Of a DNA stretch of 64,000 bases, positions 13,215 through 27,493 are shown in pieces (the stretch's first letter is position 1; the number at the start of each line of letters is the position of its first letter). Source of the stretch: Octopus sinensis (lineage: Eukaryota). Location: positions 31,310,001-31,374,000 of the forward strand of contig NC_043002.1 of NCBI RefSeq assembly GCF_006345805.1, written 5' to 3'. Under the pieces are notes generated by a model. The model was not told the DNA's origin. It saw only the letters and a program-made list of their open reading frames with translations, and ran no database searches. The position numbers were made by a program, and so were the translations under genes.

Positions 13215-13614
13215 TGTGAACGTAAACATGACGTTCTACAGCGAAATGCCAAAATAAATCATCCATTAAACTTTGTTCTCAAGAGAAGTGAAAGTGTGTT
13301 TAGGTTGTATCGAATCAGACTGAAAATCGATTTGACGACTTCGGCCGATTGGAAACTTCGCATAGCTAGAAAACCTATCCCGCTCCGCTGCAGTTTCGTT
13401 CTTTCTATCCGTAAATGTATTCTTTCAGTAAAGGTAAATTCTTTCTTTCAGTAAATGTATTTATTGAAAACTCATTCAAATATAGATTGAATTCTAAAAT
13501 GATGAATTCACTCTACAATTATGGAATGGAGTTTTTAAACGGAAGTGACTTCGATAGAGTGTCCCTTCGTGTATTTGATATTGAATTTTGAAACAGTTGC
13601 TATAATAGTGATTT

Positions 13615-13810
13615 CAAATTTTGGTACAAAGCCAGCAACTCCAGGAAAGGGAGAAAGTCGGTTACAACGACTGCAGTGCTCAACTGGAGTTTATTTTATC
13701 GATCTCAAAATGAGGAAAGGCAGAATTTGAACTCCGAACATGCACACGCCCGAAATACCACTAAGCATCTTAACTAGCGTACTAATGATTCTGCCCGCTC
13801 AGCGCCTTCA
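13615..13810 (-). mobile_element. SINE family A
   Basis: Reverse complement of the family A head and tail (gaatttgaactc...aaataccactaagcat...gattctgcccgctcagcgcc). Confidence 0.8.
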
Positions 13811-13842
13811 GTTGTAATAATATTAATGAGATATTATAAGAA

Positions 13843-14056
13843 CTGAAGGCGGCGAGCTGGCAGAAACATCAGTACACCGGATGAAATGTTTAGCGGTATT
13901 TCGCCAGTCTTTATGTTTTGAGTTCAAATTTCGCCGAGGTCGACTTAGCCTTTCTTCCTTTCGGGGGTCGACAAATTAAGTTTTATACTGGAGTCGATTT
14001 AATCGACTGGCCCCCTCCCCCAAAATTTCGGGCTTTGTACCTAGGGTAGAAAAGAA
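13843..14056 (+). mobile_element. SINE family A
   Basis: gaaggcggcgagctggcagaaac...gagttcaaatttcgccgaggtcgactt...aaaatttcgggct. Confidence 0.9.
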
Positions 14057-14489
14057 TATGAATGAGATATTTCTATAAGGCTGATTACTTTTGAAATGGA
14101 AAAAAACGTTAACGAATGAAACGATAGAGCGTCAGACAAGAAGAGTAAGAACCCGTTTGTAATAACATTTGATTCAAGGTTACATTGTTACAGAACGGAA
14201 ACATAACAGAGTACGAAACACTATAGTGAGGCTATCAGACGTCCTCTACTATGTTCTCCCTTAGGTGATTACACCTTCCTGTTTGTGACATACTCGTTAT
14301 GATAATCAATAAATCTGATTGTGAGTTGTCTGTTGCTCTGCCAGCAAGCGAATTTAGGGAGACAATGCCTAATAACGTCACCAACGGTTGTGTACACAAA
14401 CGCATGCGTGCACGTGTGTGTGTTTGTGTGTGTCATATACTTCTTTGTCATATACGTCTAAATCATATGTGTCATATATTTCTTTAAAT

Positions 14490-15697
14490 CATTGAATAGC
14501 TGGAGTATAGCCTTGCAGGAGTATCGCCTTGAGAGTTTTTGAGGAGAAATTTGACATGGGAGGTATCTGGGAATCCGTGTGGTTTGTTTTAAGATGAAAA
14601 GAGAAAGTGAATTGATCCCATGAGGCACAAAGAAACAAAGTGAGAAGATTAATCCCTATTCTCGTCGAAGATGGTCCGAACACAGACAGATGTTTAGAGC
14701 GGAAGTGATGTGAGACCGGGGTGTCATTGCCGAGCCTGATATCTCGGAGGTGCTCCGCGAACCGCTCAACTAGTCGGCGTCCCGTTTGTCCAATGAACAG
14801 AGGACAGAGAGAGCAGGTGATGCAGTAAATGGCATTACTAGAGGTGCACATAATGGAGTCGGCGGTAGTGCCATTGAAGATGGTGGTGTTGGAGAGGTAG
14901 GTGTAGGTGTGACAGTGTGGGCGGGAGCAGAGGAAGGAGCCGAACTGGGAGGCAGAGGTAGCGAAGAGACTGTGGATCATGATGTGATGCAGGTTATGGG
15001 ATCGTTTGAAGTAGGGAAGAGGTAGGTTAGGGAAGATATGCTAGGTGGAGTGGTCGGACTACAGTCGCCAGAAACCTCGGAGAATGGTGCGTTGGAAGCG
15101 TAGCGTACAACGGCAGTAGGTGAAGAGAAACAGGAGACGGGTAGTGTTGGACGGGTGTAAGGAGAAAGAGCAGAAGCATGGTCCACAAATCGTGCCCGAG
15201 CAAGGGCAGTGTGGATAATGGTGAGGGAATATTCACGCAGGATGAAGTGGCGAGCCATGACTTGAGACTGAGTCCCAAAGTCATGGTCATCATGGCAAAG
15301 CCTGCGTAGACGGAGGAATTGAGAATCGGGCAGGGAGAGCTTGACGTGGGTAGGGTGGGAACAGGAGAATTTAAGGTAGGAGTGTCAGTCAGTGTGTTTG
15401 TAGTGGATGGAAGTAGTGAGGGAGGAGTGGTGTATGCTGACAGAAATGTCGAGAAATTCGACGGAAGTGTTAGAGATAGTGCAGGAGAAACCTAGGGCAG
15501 GATGAAAGGATTGGACAAAAGAGAGGAAGGAGTCTAGTTGTTTGCGGGAGAGTGAGGTAGGTCGCACCGATACAGTCATCGATATAACGACTGTATAGCT
15601 CGGGAGTGGGACCAAGGTATTTTGACAATATTTGGGCCTCAACACAGCCAACGAACATGTTCGCATAGTTGGGGCCCATTCTTGTTCCCATGACCAC
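14490..15697 (-). mobile_element. Penelope-like retroelement remnant (RT C-terminal half plus GIY-YIG endonuclease), frameshifted
   Basis: RT motifs MGTRMGPNYANMFVG and RYIDD, thumb VEFLDISV; GIY-YIG-type AIYCITCSLCPLFIGQTGRRLVERFAEHLRDI preceded by a Cys-rich linker. A Neptune-like assignment is an inference. Confidence 0.9.
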
Positions 15698-15705
15698 ATA
15701 TATAA

Positions 15706-15835
15706 ATGACTCGCTTCTTTGAGTTTCTTTCTACCAAGTTCATTCAAAAGACTTTGGTCGGCCCGAGACTATAGAAGAAGGCACTTGGCCAAGGTGCTGA
15801 ATCCAAGCCCACATGGTTTGGAAGTATACTTCTTA
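15706..15835 (-). mobile_element. SINE family B head abutting the 5' end of the PLE
   Basis: gcttctttgagtttc...ttggtcggcccgagactatagaagaaggcacttggccaaggtgc. Confidence 0.75.
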
Positions 15836-16039
15836 CATATATCCAAACCTATGCCTATTACATACAAACACGTGTGTGAGAGAAAGAGAGATAGAGGCAT
15901 TCAGACAGACAGAAAATAAGAGAGAGAGAATATATGTATATGTGTATGTGCAAAAGTATAATGATTATATCTTCCAGTCATTATTCACCATCCCCAAAAA
16001 TGACAGCTGTTACATTCGAATAGAATTGCATCAAATTTT

Positions 16040-16175
16040 GGGACAGTCACAGCAAAATCGTATTGTTGGGGATAGTCGATTTCATCGATCCCAGTGTTCA
16101 AACAATACTTATATCGACCTCGAAAGGCTGAAAGGCAAAGTCAAATTGAACGAAATGTGAACCCAGAATATAAAG
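16040..16175 (-). mobile_element. SINE family A fragment
   Basis: atcgatcccagt...tatcgacctcgaaaggctgaaaggcaaagtc. Confidence 0.7.
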
Positions 16176-16694
16176 ACTAATGAATTACCGTTCAGCACAT
16201 GTAGCCCTTAATCAGCAAATGCTGTGCATGATCATCGTCGTTATTATCATCGTCATCATCATCGCTACCCTCGTCAGTGGCAGCAACAACTTGGTCACCA
16301 TTGTCGTTGTTATTTTTCTCATCACCGTAATTCAAGTAGTCAATTAATTAACTAATCAAACGAATGATTTTTGCATAACTATTTGACAGGCAACTAATTA
16401 CTAATAATAACAATAACGGTGTCTAATTTAGAAGGAAGACCATTGGTTATTTTAAACACATCACCAGTTACTTATTTAGGCACGAGGCCGGCAAATTTTA
16501 GGAAGAGGATTAGATGATAACGTTGGCCTCAGTATATGACCTGTACTTTATTTTCTTGAAATGGAAATGGTAAATGGCAAAGTTTTTCGTCGTGTTTGTG
16601 TGTTTAAAGTTAAAATATAAATAGCTGGAATAAATAACGCAAATGATATTTTTATAGATTTAAACGACTCCTTCAGATCACAGTCTAAATACTG

Positions 16695-16891
16695 TTTTCA
16701 ATTTGGGTACAGGACCAATGATTTCGGAGTAAGGGTTAAGTCAGCCTCAGTAGTCTTCAACTTGTACTTTATTTACTCAACCCCGAAAGAATGAAAGACA
16801 AAGCCGACTCCGGCAGCATTTGAACTCGGAAGGTAAAGACGGAAGATATGCCGCTAAGTATTTTGCGCGGCGTGCTTAACGATTCTGTCAG
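16695..16891 (-). mobile_element. SINE family A
   Basis: ccccgaaagaatgaaagacaaagccgactccggcagcatttgaactc...gccgctaagta...gattctgtcag. Confidence 0.8.
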
Positions 16892-17007
16892 GTATTCCTG
16901 AGCGAGAAACGGACGACAAACCTGAACCTACAAGTAGCCGCCAGATCTAGAGAAGGCGACTGTTAAAGACTAGCTGCATCTTGAAGCCAGCGAAAAGACA
17001 TTCAATT

Positions 17008-17180
17008 TGCCGCTACGTTCTGAGTTCAATTCCGCCGCGGTCGACTTTGCTTTTCATCCTTTCGGGGTCGATTAAATAAGTACCAGTTACGCACTGGGGT
17101 CGATATTATCGACTTAATCCGTCTGTCTGTTCTTGTTTGTCTCCTCTGTGTTTAGCCCCTTGTGGGTAGTAAAAAAAAAA
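17008..17180 (+). mobile_element. SINE family A, second-module type with A-rich end
   Basis: tgccgctacgttctgagttcaattccgcc...ttgtgggtagtaaaaaaaaaa, nearly identical to the modules at 11017 and 11289. Confidence 0.9.
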
Positions 17181-17981
17181 TTATAATAATTAGTGGTGTT
17201 TTATCGAAACATTATTGAGGTTACTGTGATGATAAAGTGTAAAGGTTTTAAAACAGATATTTTGTAGCAGAGCTGTGAATACTTAAATTATTTTGTAGAC
17301 GTAATGCTACAGTGGACAAAATGTGCTAGTAATGCTGTAAAAATTGTGTTACATAAGAGTAAGTTGAACTGGCGGTGTAGAGGTTTAACATAATGGAGGT
17401 AAGATTTTAAAGCACCATGGCTAATAGGCACTGTGCCCTACATTCACCATATACAAGCAGCATGTATCATTTCATATATATATATATATATTACACAAGC
17501 TGTAATGATATGCACAGAAATATGAGGAAGAGGAAAATAAAAATTAGAAAATATTTTCTCATATATAATCATATATATATTAAAAATTGTCTAAACTAAA
17601 CAAACATCTATTTACATAGAAACGTAAGCTGATATGAATTCACATAAACAGAAATACATAAATAATGGTTATGTCTTACATATACACAAACGTACATTTT
17701 ATAAACAGAGAGGAATTTGTGTCTGAAATTGGAACAGATTCTCAGTAATATAAACAATAATTGCTCACCAAACCGAAATAGGAAGTGTAAATAACTGAAA
17801 ATTATTAATATCCTGAAAAAAATAGTAAATTATGCTACCACATCATTATCTAACAGGCACACATTCACATACACAAACACATTTAATTTTTTTTTCTGAA
17901 GTGGCATACGTGATCCACACACACACACACATGTATATATATTTACACAGACACACACACAGACACACACACACACACACA

Positions 17982-18039
<58 letters not shown>

Positions 18040-18040
18040 A

Positions 18041-19640
18041 ACTTAGATAAACTTAGATATGTTTCGACCAAAGATTGGTCCAGGTCATGTCTAACTTAAT
18101 AGCACCACCTGACAGGATTATCTAAATCCTTTTTAAGTCAAGTTTTGCTTATGATCCATTCAAGTAGAGAGTTCTTGTTGAGTGAGTTGTATCCTGGTAT
18201 AGGTAGCTTATCTGGTATTCCTTGAAGAAATCTGTCCAGACTCCGTTTAAAGCTGATGGGATCCATTTCTTCTTTAATCAGTTTTGGGACAATGTTAATC
18301 AGGGCAGGGCCTGTTGAAGAAAATAAATTATATCGCGGTGTACTTATATGTTGTGATCCTGAGTTGAGCAGGGGACGTATGGCCCGTTGTCCTAGCTTTG
18401 GATGAACCTTGAAACTAATGTTCAGGTCGTTTAGGCAATGTTGAGAAAAGTGGAATGATGACACTTTGTTCTCTGGACTGGAAGGTTCTTAAAATCCAGG
18501 AGCTCATCCTACATGCTATATCAACCTTATTGTTGATGTGGGCACTCCACCTGAGATTGTTATCAACAATTACACCCGGGTCTCTGATATTATTAGAAGC
18601 CGTGAGCTGTTCCCCAGAAGGAAGAGGGTATGGCTGTTTTAGTATAGACTTTCTTCCAAAATGCATCAGCTCAAATTTTTCCTCGTTCAGTTGCATTTTA
18701 TTTTTGTCTGCCTATTGACTCACATCATAGAGATCAGACTGGAGTTGAGTTCGGTCTTCTTCATTGATGATTTGCTAGAGTTTAATGTCATCATCAAATA
18801 TTTTCACTTTGCAGTGATTTAAGACACGGTAAATTATAAAGAGGAGCGAGCCCAAGAAGTCCACAGAGGGACACCACTGGTAGCTTTTGCTGGGCTTGAG
18901 TGGACGTTATCGACCACAACTTCTTGAGTTCTATTCGCCAGGAAATACTTAATCCAGTGTAGAAGTGTTCCACGGATTCCTACATTTGCCAATTTTGAGA
19001 GTAAGATATTATGGTCCACCCTGTCGAACGCTTTACTGAAGTCAAGATATATGACATCAGAGTTCGAATCTGTTTCCAAGGCTTTAAGTATATCTTCATT
19101 GTGGTGTAAGAGCTGTGTTAAACAGTCCCTGCCACAGCGAAAGACACGCTGATTTGCATTTAGGAGTTTGTGGGTCTCCAGGAAGTCAGCTATCCTTGAT
19201 CTTACCACTCTTTCAAACATTTTAATGAGTGAGATTGGGTGATAATTGACTGCGTGGGATCTGTTTCCCTGATTGAAAACCGGGATGACAGAGTGGAATA
19301 AGAAGTGTTTCGGTATATAACCTGAGTCTAAAGAATTTCTCCAGAGGTTCGTCAGAGGTACTGCAAGTTGGTGTCTACATTATTTCAGGAATTTACCAGG
19401 GCCTACAGCAGAATAGTATTTAACCCTATTTATTGCTGCTATGATGTCTGAGGCAGTGAAGGTTATGTACGAGATTTTATGCTGGGAATCAACTTCGTTC
19501 GCTTCTCTTATGTCAATATCAGTAGGATCACAGACAGAGCAGTATTGCTTCTCCAGTATTTCTGCCATTTCTTTAGTATCGTGTTGAGGAATGCCGTTAT
19601 CATCGATCAATGGTCCAATGGGTGAGACAGCGTTTTATAC
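18041..19640 (-). mobile_element. CR1/L2-type non-LTR retrotransposon, 5'-truncated and decayed
   Basis: RT motifs VIYLDFSKAFDRVDH, SGVP, FDDDIKL (degenerate FADD), DPGVIVDNNLRW; C-terminal FKRSLDRFLQGIPD; 3' end with a tandem atctaagttt repeat. Confidence 0.9.
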
Positions 19641-20958
19641 TTATTTGCATAAGAGTAGAACATTTATATCTAATACATTATATTATATATTATATTATGT
19701 ATTACATATATTTGTGTGTGCATATAAGTATATATACATATGATATATATTCATATGCATATGTGTATGTATGTACGTATGTATGTACGTATGTATGTAT
19801 ATATGTATGTATCTTTTGTAACAACACAAAATTTCTCAAGAGAGCTTTCTAGACAGAAAGCATAGATAAGAAAAAAAACAACTAATTTGCATGCCATGGT
19901 GAGTGGAATGGGTTTTTAAAGTGAAATTATAACTCTAATTCGAGAGATGTCATTAGTGTCAGTAAAAAAATTCTCTTTTCAAAAAGAGCAAAATAAAGGA
20001 AGTTGTTAATGTTAATCGAAAAAATTTCAGATAAAGATATATTTGGACACTGCCTGTAAACATTGACTGCTTTGATAATGGTGGCTAAGATTTTCGGAAC
20101 TGCAACTTGCTTCTTTACTTTTGACCACCTGCTGCAGTGCATGAAACAACCTGGTGTTCTGCCTTGCATATCCACTCTAATCGTTTTACTCACTCGCTTA
20201 CCCTCGACGGTAGACAGACCTGATATAGTTGTGTGGTATTCAGGTGTCTCTAGGACTTGTATGTCCATTAAAAATCCACGCGACCCTTGTTGATGTTACA
20301 AACACATTACTAGGCAACATTGCTGATGGCGATCTGCCACAGAGTTGCTTGTCAATTGCTTGACCTTCACAAGTTGAGCATGTTACGTCTTTTCAGATTT
20401 TTTTATTGTCCAGCATCCTTATCATAAAACTATATGCATAACGCATATATATGGCGTGTTCTGTAAATATGCATAAAAGCATGAAACTACTGGTAGATCT
20501 TTCGGTTTTGCATTTAACACACACACACGCGCACACATACATACACATAACATATATATATATATATATATAATGTAAAGTTTTTCGAATGCTCATTGAC
20601 ATACAAATAAACTTGAATGTTTATGAAACCTGGCATAACTGTCTGTCTGACTGCTTGCCGCCTCTCTCTCTCTCCATCTATCTCAAGTTTTCTCTCTGTA
20701 CATCTAACAACATGTCTCTCTTTCTGTCTATATATACGTACGTGTATCCTCATATGTGCATACGTATTCACCTATATTTAACAAACACATATATATGTAT
20801 ATATATGCGTATACATACACACGCACACACACACACAAACACATATATATATATTTATGTACATATATACAGACATAGATAAATACATTCATTTATACAT
20901 ACTTATATACTTATATGTATGCTCATATATACACAGATATGTTTGTGTACACACGCAT

Positions 20959-21002
<44 letters not shown>

Positions 21003-21894
21003 TGAGTTTTAGAATATAAAAATTATCATGATATAAACTGTTTATAAACAGCCGCGTTCATATTTCCTTTTGGGAAGAATTAATGTAAATATGGCAAACT
21101 TGACACAGTAGTTGAATAGACCATTTTTTTCTGGTGAGAAAATAAAAGTGAATATATCAAATATTGCATTTCCAACTTATTTCTGACTTCATATTTTTCC
21201 TGACTCACCATACTATCCTCTTACATGGCTAAAAACCCACCAACAAAGCAATGTCTTTTTGCTTGTATACATATAAGCATAAACACTGACATAAATGTAG
21301 ATTTACAGATATACATAGGACATATATGCATATATATATATATTATATATATATATATATAATATATATATATATATGCGTGTGTGTGACTGTAACTCTG
21401 TGTGTGTGTGTATGTTTGTTTGTATGCATGTGTGCGCCTAGGTTCGTATGTATAAACATATGTTCAATTTGAAATGTAAATTATACCTTTTTAAATCAAC
21501 ACACGTTTTAACATCATCGTGCTACGTAAATACAGTCGTTACATTGTAGATTTCTCATTTCTGTGCCGCGGGATCGATCTAACTACTTTGTAATCTTTTT
21601 GGACCTTCAAGAAAATGACAATCATCCATTGTGTCAGCGAAATATTATGTAAATTGATGACAGTTAAAATTTGTATTCATTCCCTGATGAATATCAAAGA
21701 AGACTAGAAACAAGTCAGTTCTTTCATCGACACAAAAAGACAAAAATCTATAGTGTAATCACATTCATTTTGACTGAATTCTTACAAGCGACTCAAACAG
21801 ACTAAATTCTATAGTTCAATCACATTCATTTTGACGGCGAAGACACGTACATTTAATGAAACAGCCACACCTTATATCTGTTTGTATGTGACGT

Positions 21895-22080
21895 CCTGTT
21901 TGTCGCCCACAACTGCTTGACAACCAGTGTGGTTTTGTTTATATTCTCACAACCCACCGGTTCGGGATCACTACCAGACTTAAGAAAATTGGCACTAATG
22001 TCGATTTGTTCGACCAAAACCTTCAAACCTGTGCTCCAGCATGGCAGCTGTCCAATTATTCAAAAATAAATAAATAAAAG
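21895..22080 (+). mobile_element. SINE family B 3' half
   Basis: gcttgacaaccagtgt...gtcgatttgttcgacc...gtgctccagcatggcagc. Confidence 0.75.
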
Positions 22081-22288
22081 GTATAAAATAACTGTTCGTC
22101 ATATATATCATGTGCCCCATGTTTCTCCTTTCATGAATTATATACCGTTATGATTCCGCAACTATTCGCAGATATATTACCCAGTGTTACCGTTTATCAA
22201 CACGTTGAACAATCAGAACTTTGGAACATTTCCCATTTCAAAAACGATTCAACATTTATACACACACACATACACACACACACACACA

Positions 22289-22373
<85 letters not shown>

Positions 22374-22419
22374 TGTTTTTTGTGTGTGTGTGTGTGTAAA
22401 CTATGAACAGATACATAGA

Positions 22420-22780
22420 TTAACTGCATAAACTTAGCAAATTTCATTGCGAAATCGAAACAGTCTTGCCGATATCGAACCGTCCTGCTACAAGGCAATT
22501 TTTACAACAATCAATAGGTTACTGCTGCATGTTTTTCCAAGAAGATAAATGAAGACGAAATTTCCAATTAATTCCATATAGCGCGTCTTTTCGACAAGTC
22601 TGTTTTTGTTTCCCAAAACATCTTTTGTTTATATCCAGTATATACACGACATGTTCCTTTTGTGAGCAATCCTTTAATCTTTTAATGAATCTCTGTTTAT
22701 TCAAACCATGTCGTTTTGTATGTCCATCATTCTGGCACCTAATATACTGCGATGATTTGTGTTCTTCTACATACAGAAAT
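22420..22780 (-). pseudogene. Possible heavily decayed PLE GIY-YIG fragment
   Basis: SQKEHVVYI and AAVTY*LL*KLPC loosely resemble PLE endonuclease segments; many stops and frameshifts. Confidence 0.25.
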
Positions 22781-22839
22781 GGCTAATATCCCCCAATTAA
22801 TGAATATATATACATATAGACATATATAAATAAATTTGC

Positions 22840-23142
22840 ACATATCAAATTCTCTCTCACCTCTCTCTCTCTCTCTTGGTATATATATATACGATCACAC
22901 GGAAGTATGTGTATATGTCTATGAAATTATATACATGTATATATATGTATATATATATATTTACCTATCTGTCTATCAATCTATCCATCTATCTGTATGT
23001 TTGTCTATATCTCTCTTTCTCTCTCACTCTCTTAATATATATGCATATATTTATATATATATATATAATATATATATATATAATATATATATATATTTAC
23101 ATATTTACACGCACGCATACACACACACATATATGTAAATGC

Positions 23143-23187
<45 letters not shown>

Positions 23188-23497
23188 CATATAAATACAA
23201 ATATATATGTGTATATATCTATGTTTGTACATGCACACATATATACATGCCTACATACAAATATATAAGTGTGTGTGTGTATGCATGCATGTATGTATAT
23301 ACGTATGTATATGATTGTGTGAATATGTGTACGCATGTTTTTTTTCTGTGGTTTACTAATTAGATAGATAGCTTCTCAGTATTTATGTACATATAAATAT
23401 ATTTCTCAGCATACAGTTCTACAAATATAGACCTCAGCCGCTTGTACAGACATATATATGCATATACATATATATGAACGAACGTGTGTGTCTATGC

Positions 23498-23585
<88 letters not shown>

Positions 23586-23607
23586 AAATAAATATATATA
23601 TATATAT

Positions 23608-23641
<34 letters not shown>

Positions 23642-23725
23642 ATACATACTTACATACATACATACATACATACATACATGCATATATACATATGCATATA
23701 CATACATATACATATACACACACAC

Positions 23726-23759
<34 letters not shown>

Positions 23760-23861
23760 GACAATCCACCTATCTACATAACTATATGTATATCTATGTC
23801 TATCTATCAAATACTAATAAATCTATATTATCGTTCAACTCATTTCATAGAGCTCGTCTAT

Positions 23862-23923
<62 letters not shown>

Positions 23924-24000
23924 ATACACGCGCATTCACACACACACACGTACACGCTCATATAGTCATGCTCACATATGCACATACATATACAGACATC
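22840..24000. repeat. Large TA/CA/TACA microsatellite field
   Basis: Directly visible. Confidence 0.9.
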
Positions 24001-24204
24001 CGCAACAGGTAGGAAGCACCTTTACCCCAATGCAGACCAACCGTACAAAATGTATTAAGTATATTCGTATGTCTCTGTGTATTTGATTACCTCGTTTTCA
24101 ATTTCTGCAATGTTAGCATATGTACAAAGTCACAGACAGTGAAAGACATACACACATATGTGTGTGTGGTCGTAGGTTTGTATGTCTGTATGTGTGTGTA
24201 TGCG

Positions 24205-24237
<33 letters not shown>

Positions 24238-24843
24238 ATGTGTCTGTGTATACATGCCTACATAGGTACATATATCATACGTTTAGTGTATGACTCAAAT
24301 ATTTGGACATGAAATTAATTAAGATGAGCTATTCATTCGTAATATCATACACAGACACGCACACACAGACATACTCACACACATGCCAACATACACACAG
24401 CCATACACAGACACGCATATGCCCACAATCAGACAGCTATTTGACAGACATATACTTCACCCACGCACGCATGTAGTTTGAGCTTGTGTATGTGTGTGTA
24501 TATGTGTGCACGTGTGTGAGTAAGTGTGCTTATGTGTCTGTGCGCACATACACACACAAAAATAAAGAAAGAATACAGCCAGACAGAGAGGGAAAGTAGT
24601 CAAGAACGAGAGACATTTGTATAATGCTAGACTGGTTTCTGTGTGTCTGAGCATGTGAGATGTCAGATGACTTCGATCAGTAAGTTAGTTGTGATTAGAA
24701 ACAGCCGACGGCTATGTTCCAAAGATACTTATCTTTAATGTTCAAGTGTAAACTCACACATATACACATACATCAACATACATTCACACAAGCTCAAACA
24801 CACACACGCACGCACATACACAGGCACAGACATATATACATAC

Positions 24844-24966
<123 letters not shown>

Positions 24967-25351
24967 CAAATTGCATTTTTTATCATTATTCTGTCAACAT
25001 CTTTTGGATTTAACTGATAATTACATAGCAATAACGGAAATAAATAGATTGTACAGATATTGGTCGGTGCCCAACCGTATTGGGTGCAATGTAAACACTG
25101 AAGTGATATCTGTACACAGAAAACATGGCAGCCATCAAACATAATACTCTATTACACACGCTGCATTTCAACACCAGAGCAACGCACTACAATACCGCAT
25201 AATGCAACGTAACTTACGTGTAGACAACGTCTAAAGTATATAGTATGTACCATTATTAATACCTCTATTGCAGATCTTTTGCCTCTTATAGAAAGGTATC
25301 ATTCAGCTATGAACTAACTATTTGCAGAATCTATTCTACTATATGTATAAT

Positions 25352-25520
25352 GCCTGAAATTTGGGCGATGCGGGTATGTCATACATTGATCCTATTGTGT
25401 GACTGGTACTTCATTCATCGATCCCAGTGTGTGAAAAGCAAAGCCGACTGCGGTGAGACTTAAGCAGATAAAATGCCGTTACGTATTTTGCCTGGTAAGC
25501 TAAGGATTTTGCCAGCTCAC
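25352..25520 (-). mobile_element. SINE family A, decayed
   Basis: ctggtactt...atcgatccc...aaaagcaaagccgac...ttttgccagctcac. Confidence 0.65.
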
Positions 25521-25529
25521 TCTCTTAAC

Positions 25530-25583
25530 TATATATATATAAATACATCTATCCATATATATATATATATTATATATATATAT

Positions 25584-25644
<61 letters not shown>

Positions 25645-25697
25645 GATAGAGATATATGCAGATATATATTTACATATATATTATATATATACATATG

Positions 25698-25748
<51 letters not shown>

Positions 25749-25767
25749 AAAATACATATACACATAA

Positions 25768-25802
<35 letters not shown>

Positions 25803-25813
25803 ATATATATATA

Positions 25814-25900
<87 letters not shown>

Positions 25901-25910
25901 CATATAATGT
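25530..25910. repeat. (GATA)n and (TA)n microsatellites
   Basis: Directly visible. Confidence 0.95.
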
Positions 25911-27411
25911 AGCGAAGCAACGAGATGAAAATCCTCGTAGTCTCTCAGTCTGATAGAAATATTTCAAATCTCTTTTCAAATCGAAACTTACCATTGTTCC
26001 TAAAACACAGCGTCATGAAGTAACGCAGTCATATATACACAATTAAAATATACACTCTTCATAAGAGTCATCACACACATACACACATGCACATACGCAC
26101 ACTCAAGACATGCATAAGCACATGCACACATTCAAATACATACCTCTACCTGTGTGTGCGTGTGTGTGCCTCTTTGTATATGTATATACAACGGGCAACT
26201 GTACAGTGTCCACCTTCTAAATTATATCCAGAATATATTGTTCAGCACATTCTTGTAGTAGTACATACTTAGTTATTGTATTGTGTATTGAAATTGAAAG
26301 CAGGATGAATGCCACAGCTGAAGCAACTCACTTTGATCAACTGATGTCATATCGTTTAACCATTGACGCAACAAAGAAGCAGCAAGACAATATAAACTAT
26401 GAACTAACTCTTTGCGAATTTACAGTAAACGATCTATGGGACCAGATGCAATCTCTAATAAATCGTAGCAAATACGACAACAGCTATAAACATCAACATT
26501 GTATTTTTAAGGCTTTCTTTCCATAGCATAAAATCAACTTTTCCGTTGAAATATTCATTTTTAGTCATTAACACAAAATCCCCAACAATCTTAAACAATT
26601 TTCTTCTTCTGCTAACCCCTAGGAAAGCATTTCTTATTTGCTAGCATCGCCGACTTTAAAAGGACAACGTCAATGGCGATATAGCATTTAAGTTACGTTA
26701 ACTAAGTGAAGTCTTACAAGTTATATATTCTAGACTTGCCCATTTATGGGATCAAATCTAGACGGTCATCAAAACTCACTATGCAAATATTTTATGGCAA
26801 AGTTCATTGCTAAGTCTTCTTCTAAGTCACATGCATTGTTATTAGGAACAGTCTTTCAAAATACAATACTTTTCTATGCATTCAGTATTGTCTATCATTA
26901 ACAAAACTCTTTCGCTCACAACAGTAACTCTCTCTTGTTTCTTTCTACATATTTCTCTCTGACATATTGTACACATCTAATACGTGAACCCAGATACACT
27001 TCAAAAATTCGATCTCATATACGCAAACCTCGTGTTGTGTAAATACAATTACGCTGGTTCCTAAACACTGATTTCCTCATCAAACTTTTACAGCAGTTTC
27101 AAATCCGCCACCGCTTCTCTTTGTAATTTTCAGTTGTCGACATCAATTACTCCACCATTCACTTCTCAGTTCTCAATGATACGACTGAAAGAGGAAATAA
27201 AAATCAAATACATAATTAAACAATGAGACAAAATATACACTTTGAACACAAAATAAACATAAAATAAAACCTCATAAATGCACACTTTATGGAGAAGTAA
27301 CTGGAAGACACTAAAAGACATGTCTGGTTGCCTGACGCATTCCAATCTCTCCCTCTGTCTCACTTTATACATACATACATACATACATACATATTAGTGT
27401 ATATATATATA

Positions 27412-27493
<82 letters not shown>

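Noticed and set aside
19927-20293. Overlapping ORFs, one containing DRPDIVVW (RLE-like) and one with a GTAAGC donor
   Set aside because: Spacing to a CCHC finger and the downstream motifs do not fit, and no good acceptor is present.
21684-21716. CTGATGA...GAAACAAGTC hammerhead-like string (and a weaker one near 3850-3890)
   Set aside because: Stems I and II do not pair.
26281-26526. 81-aa non-repetitive ORF
   Set aside because: No recognisable domain or splice context.
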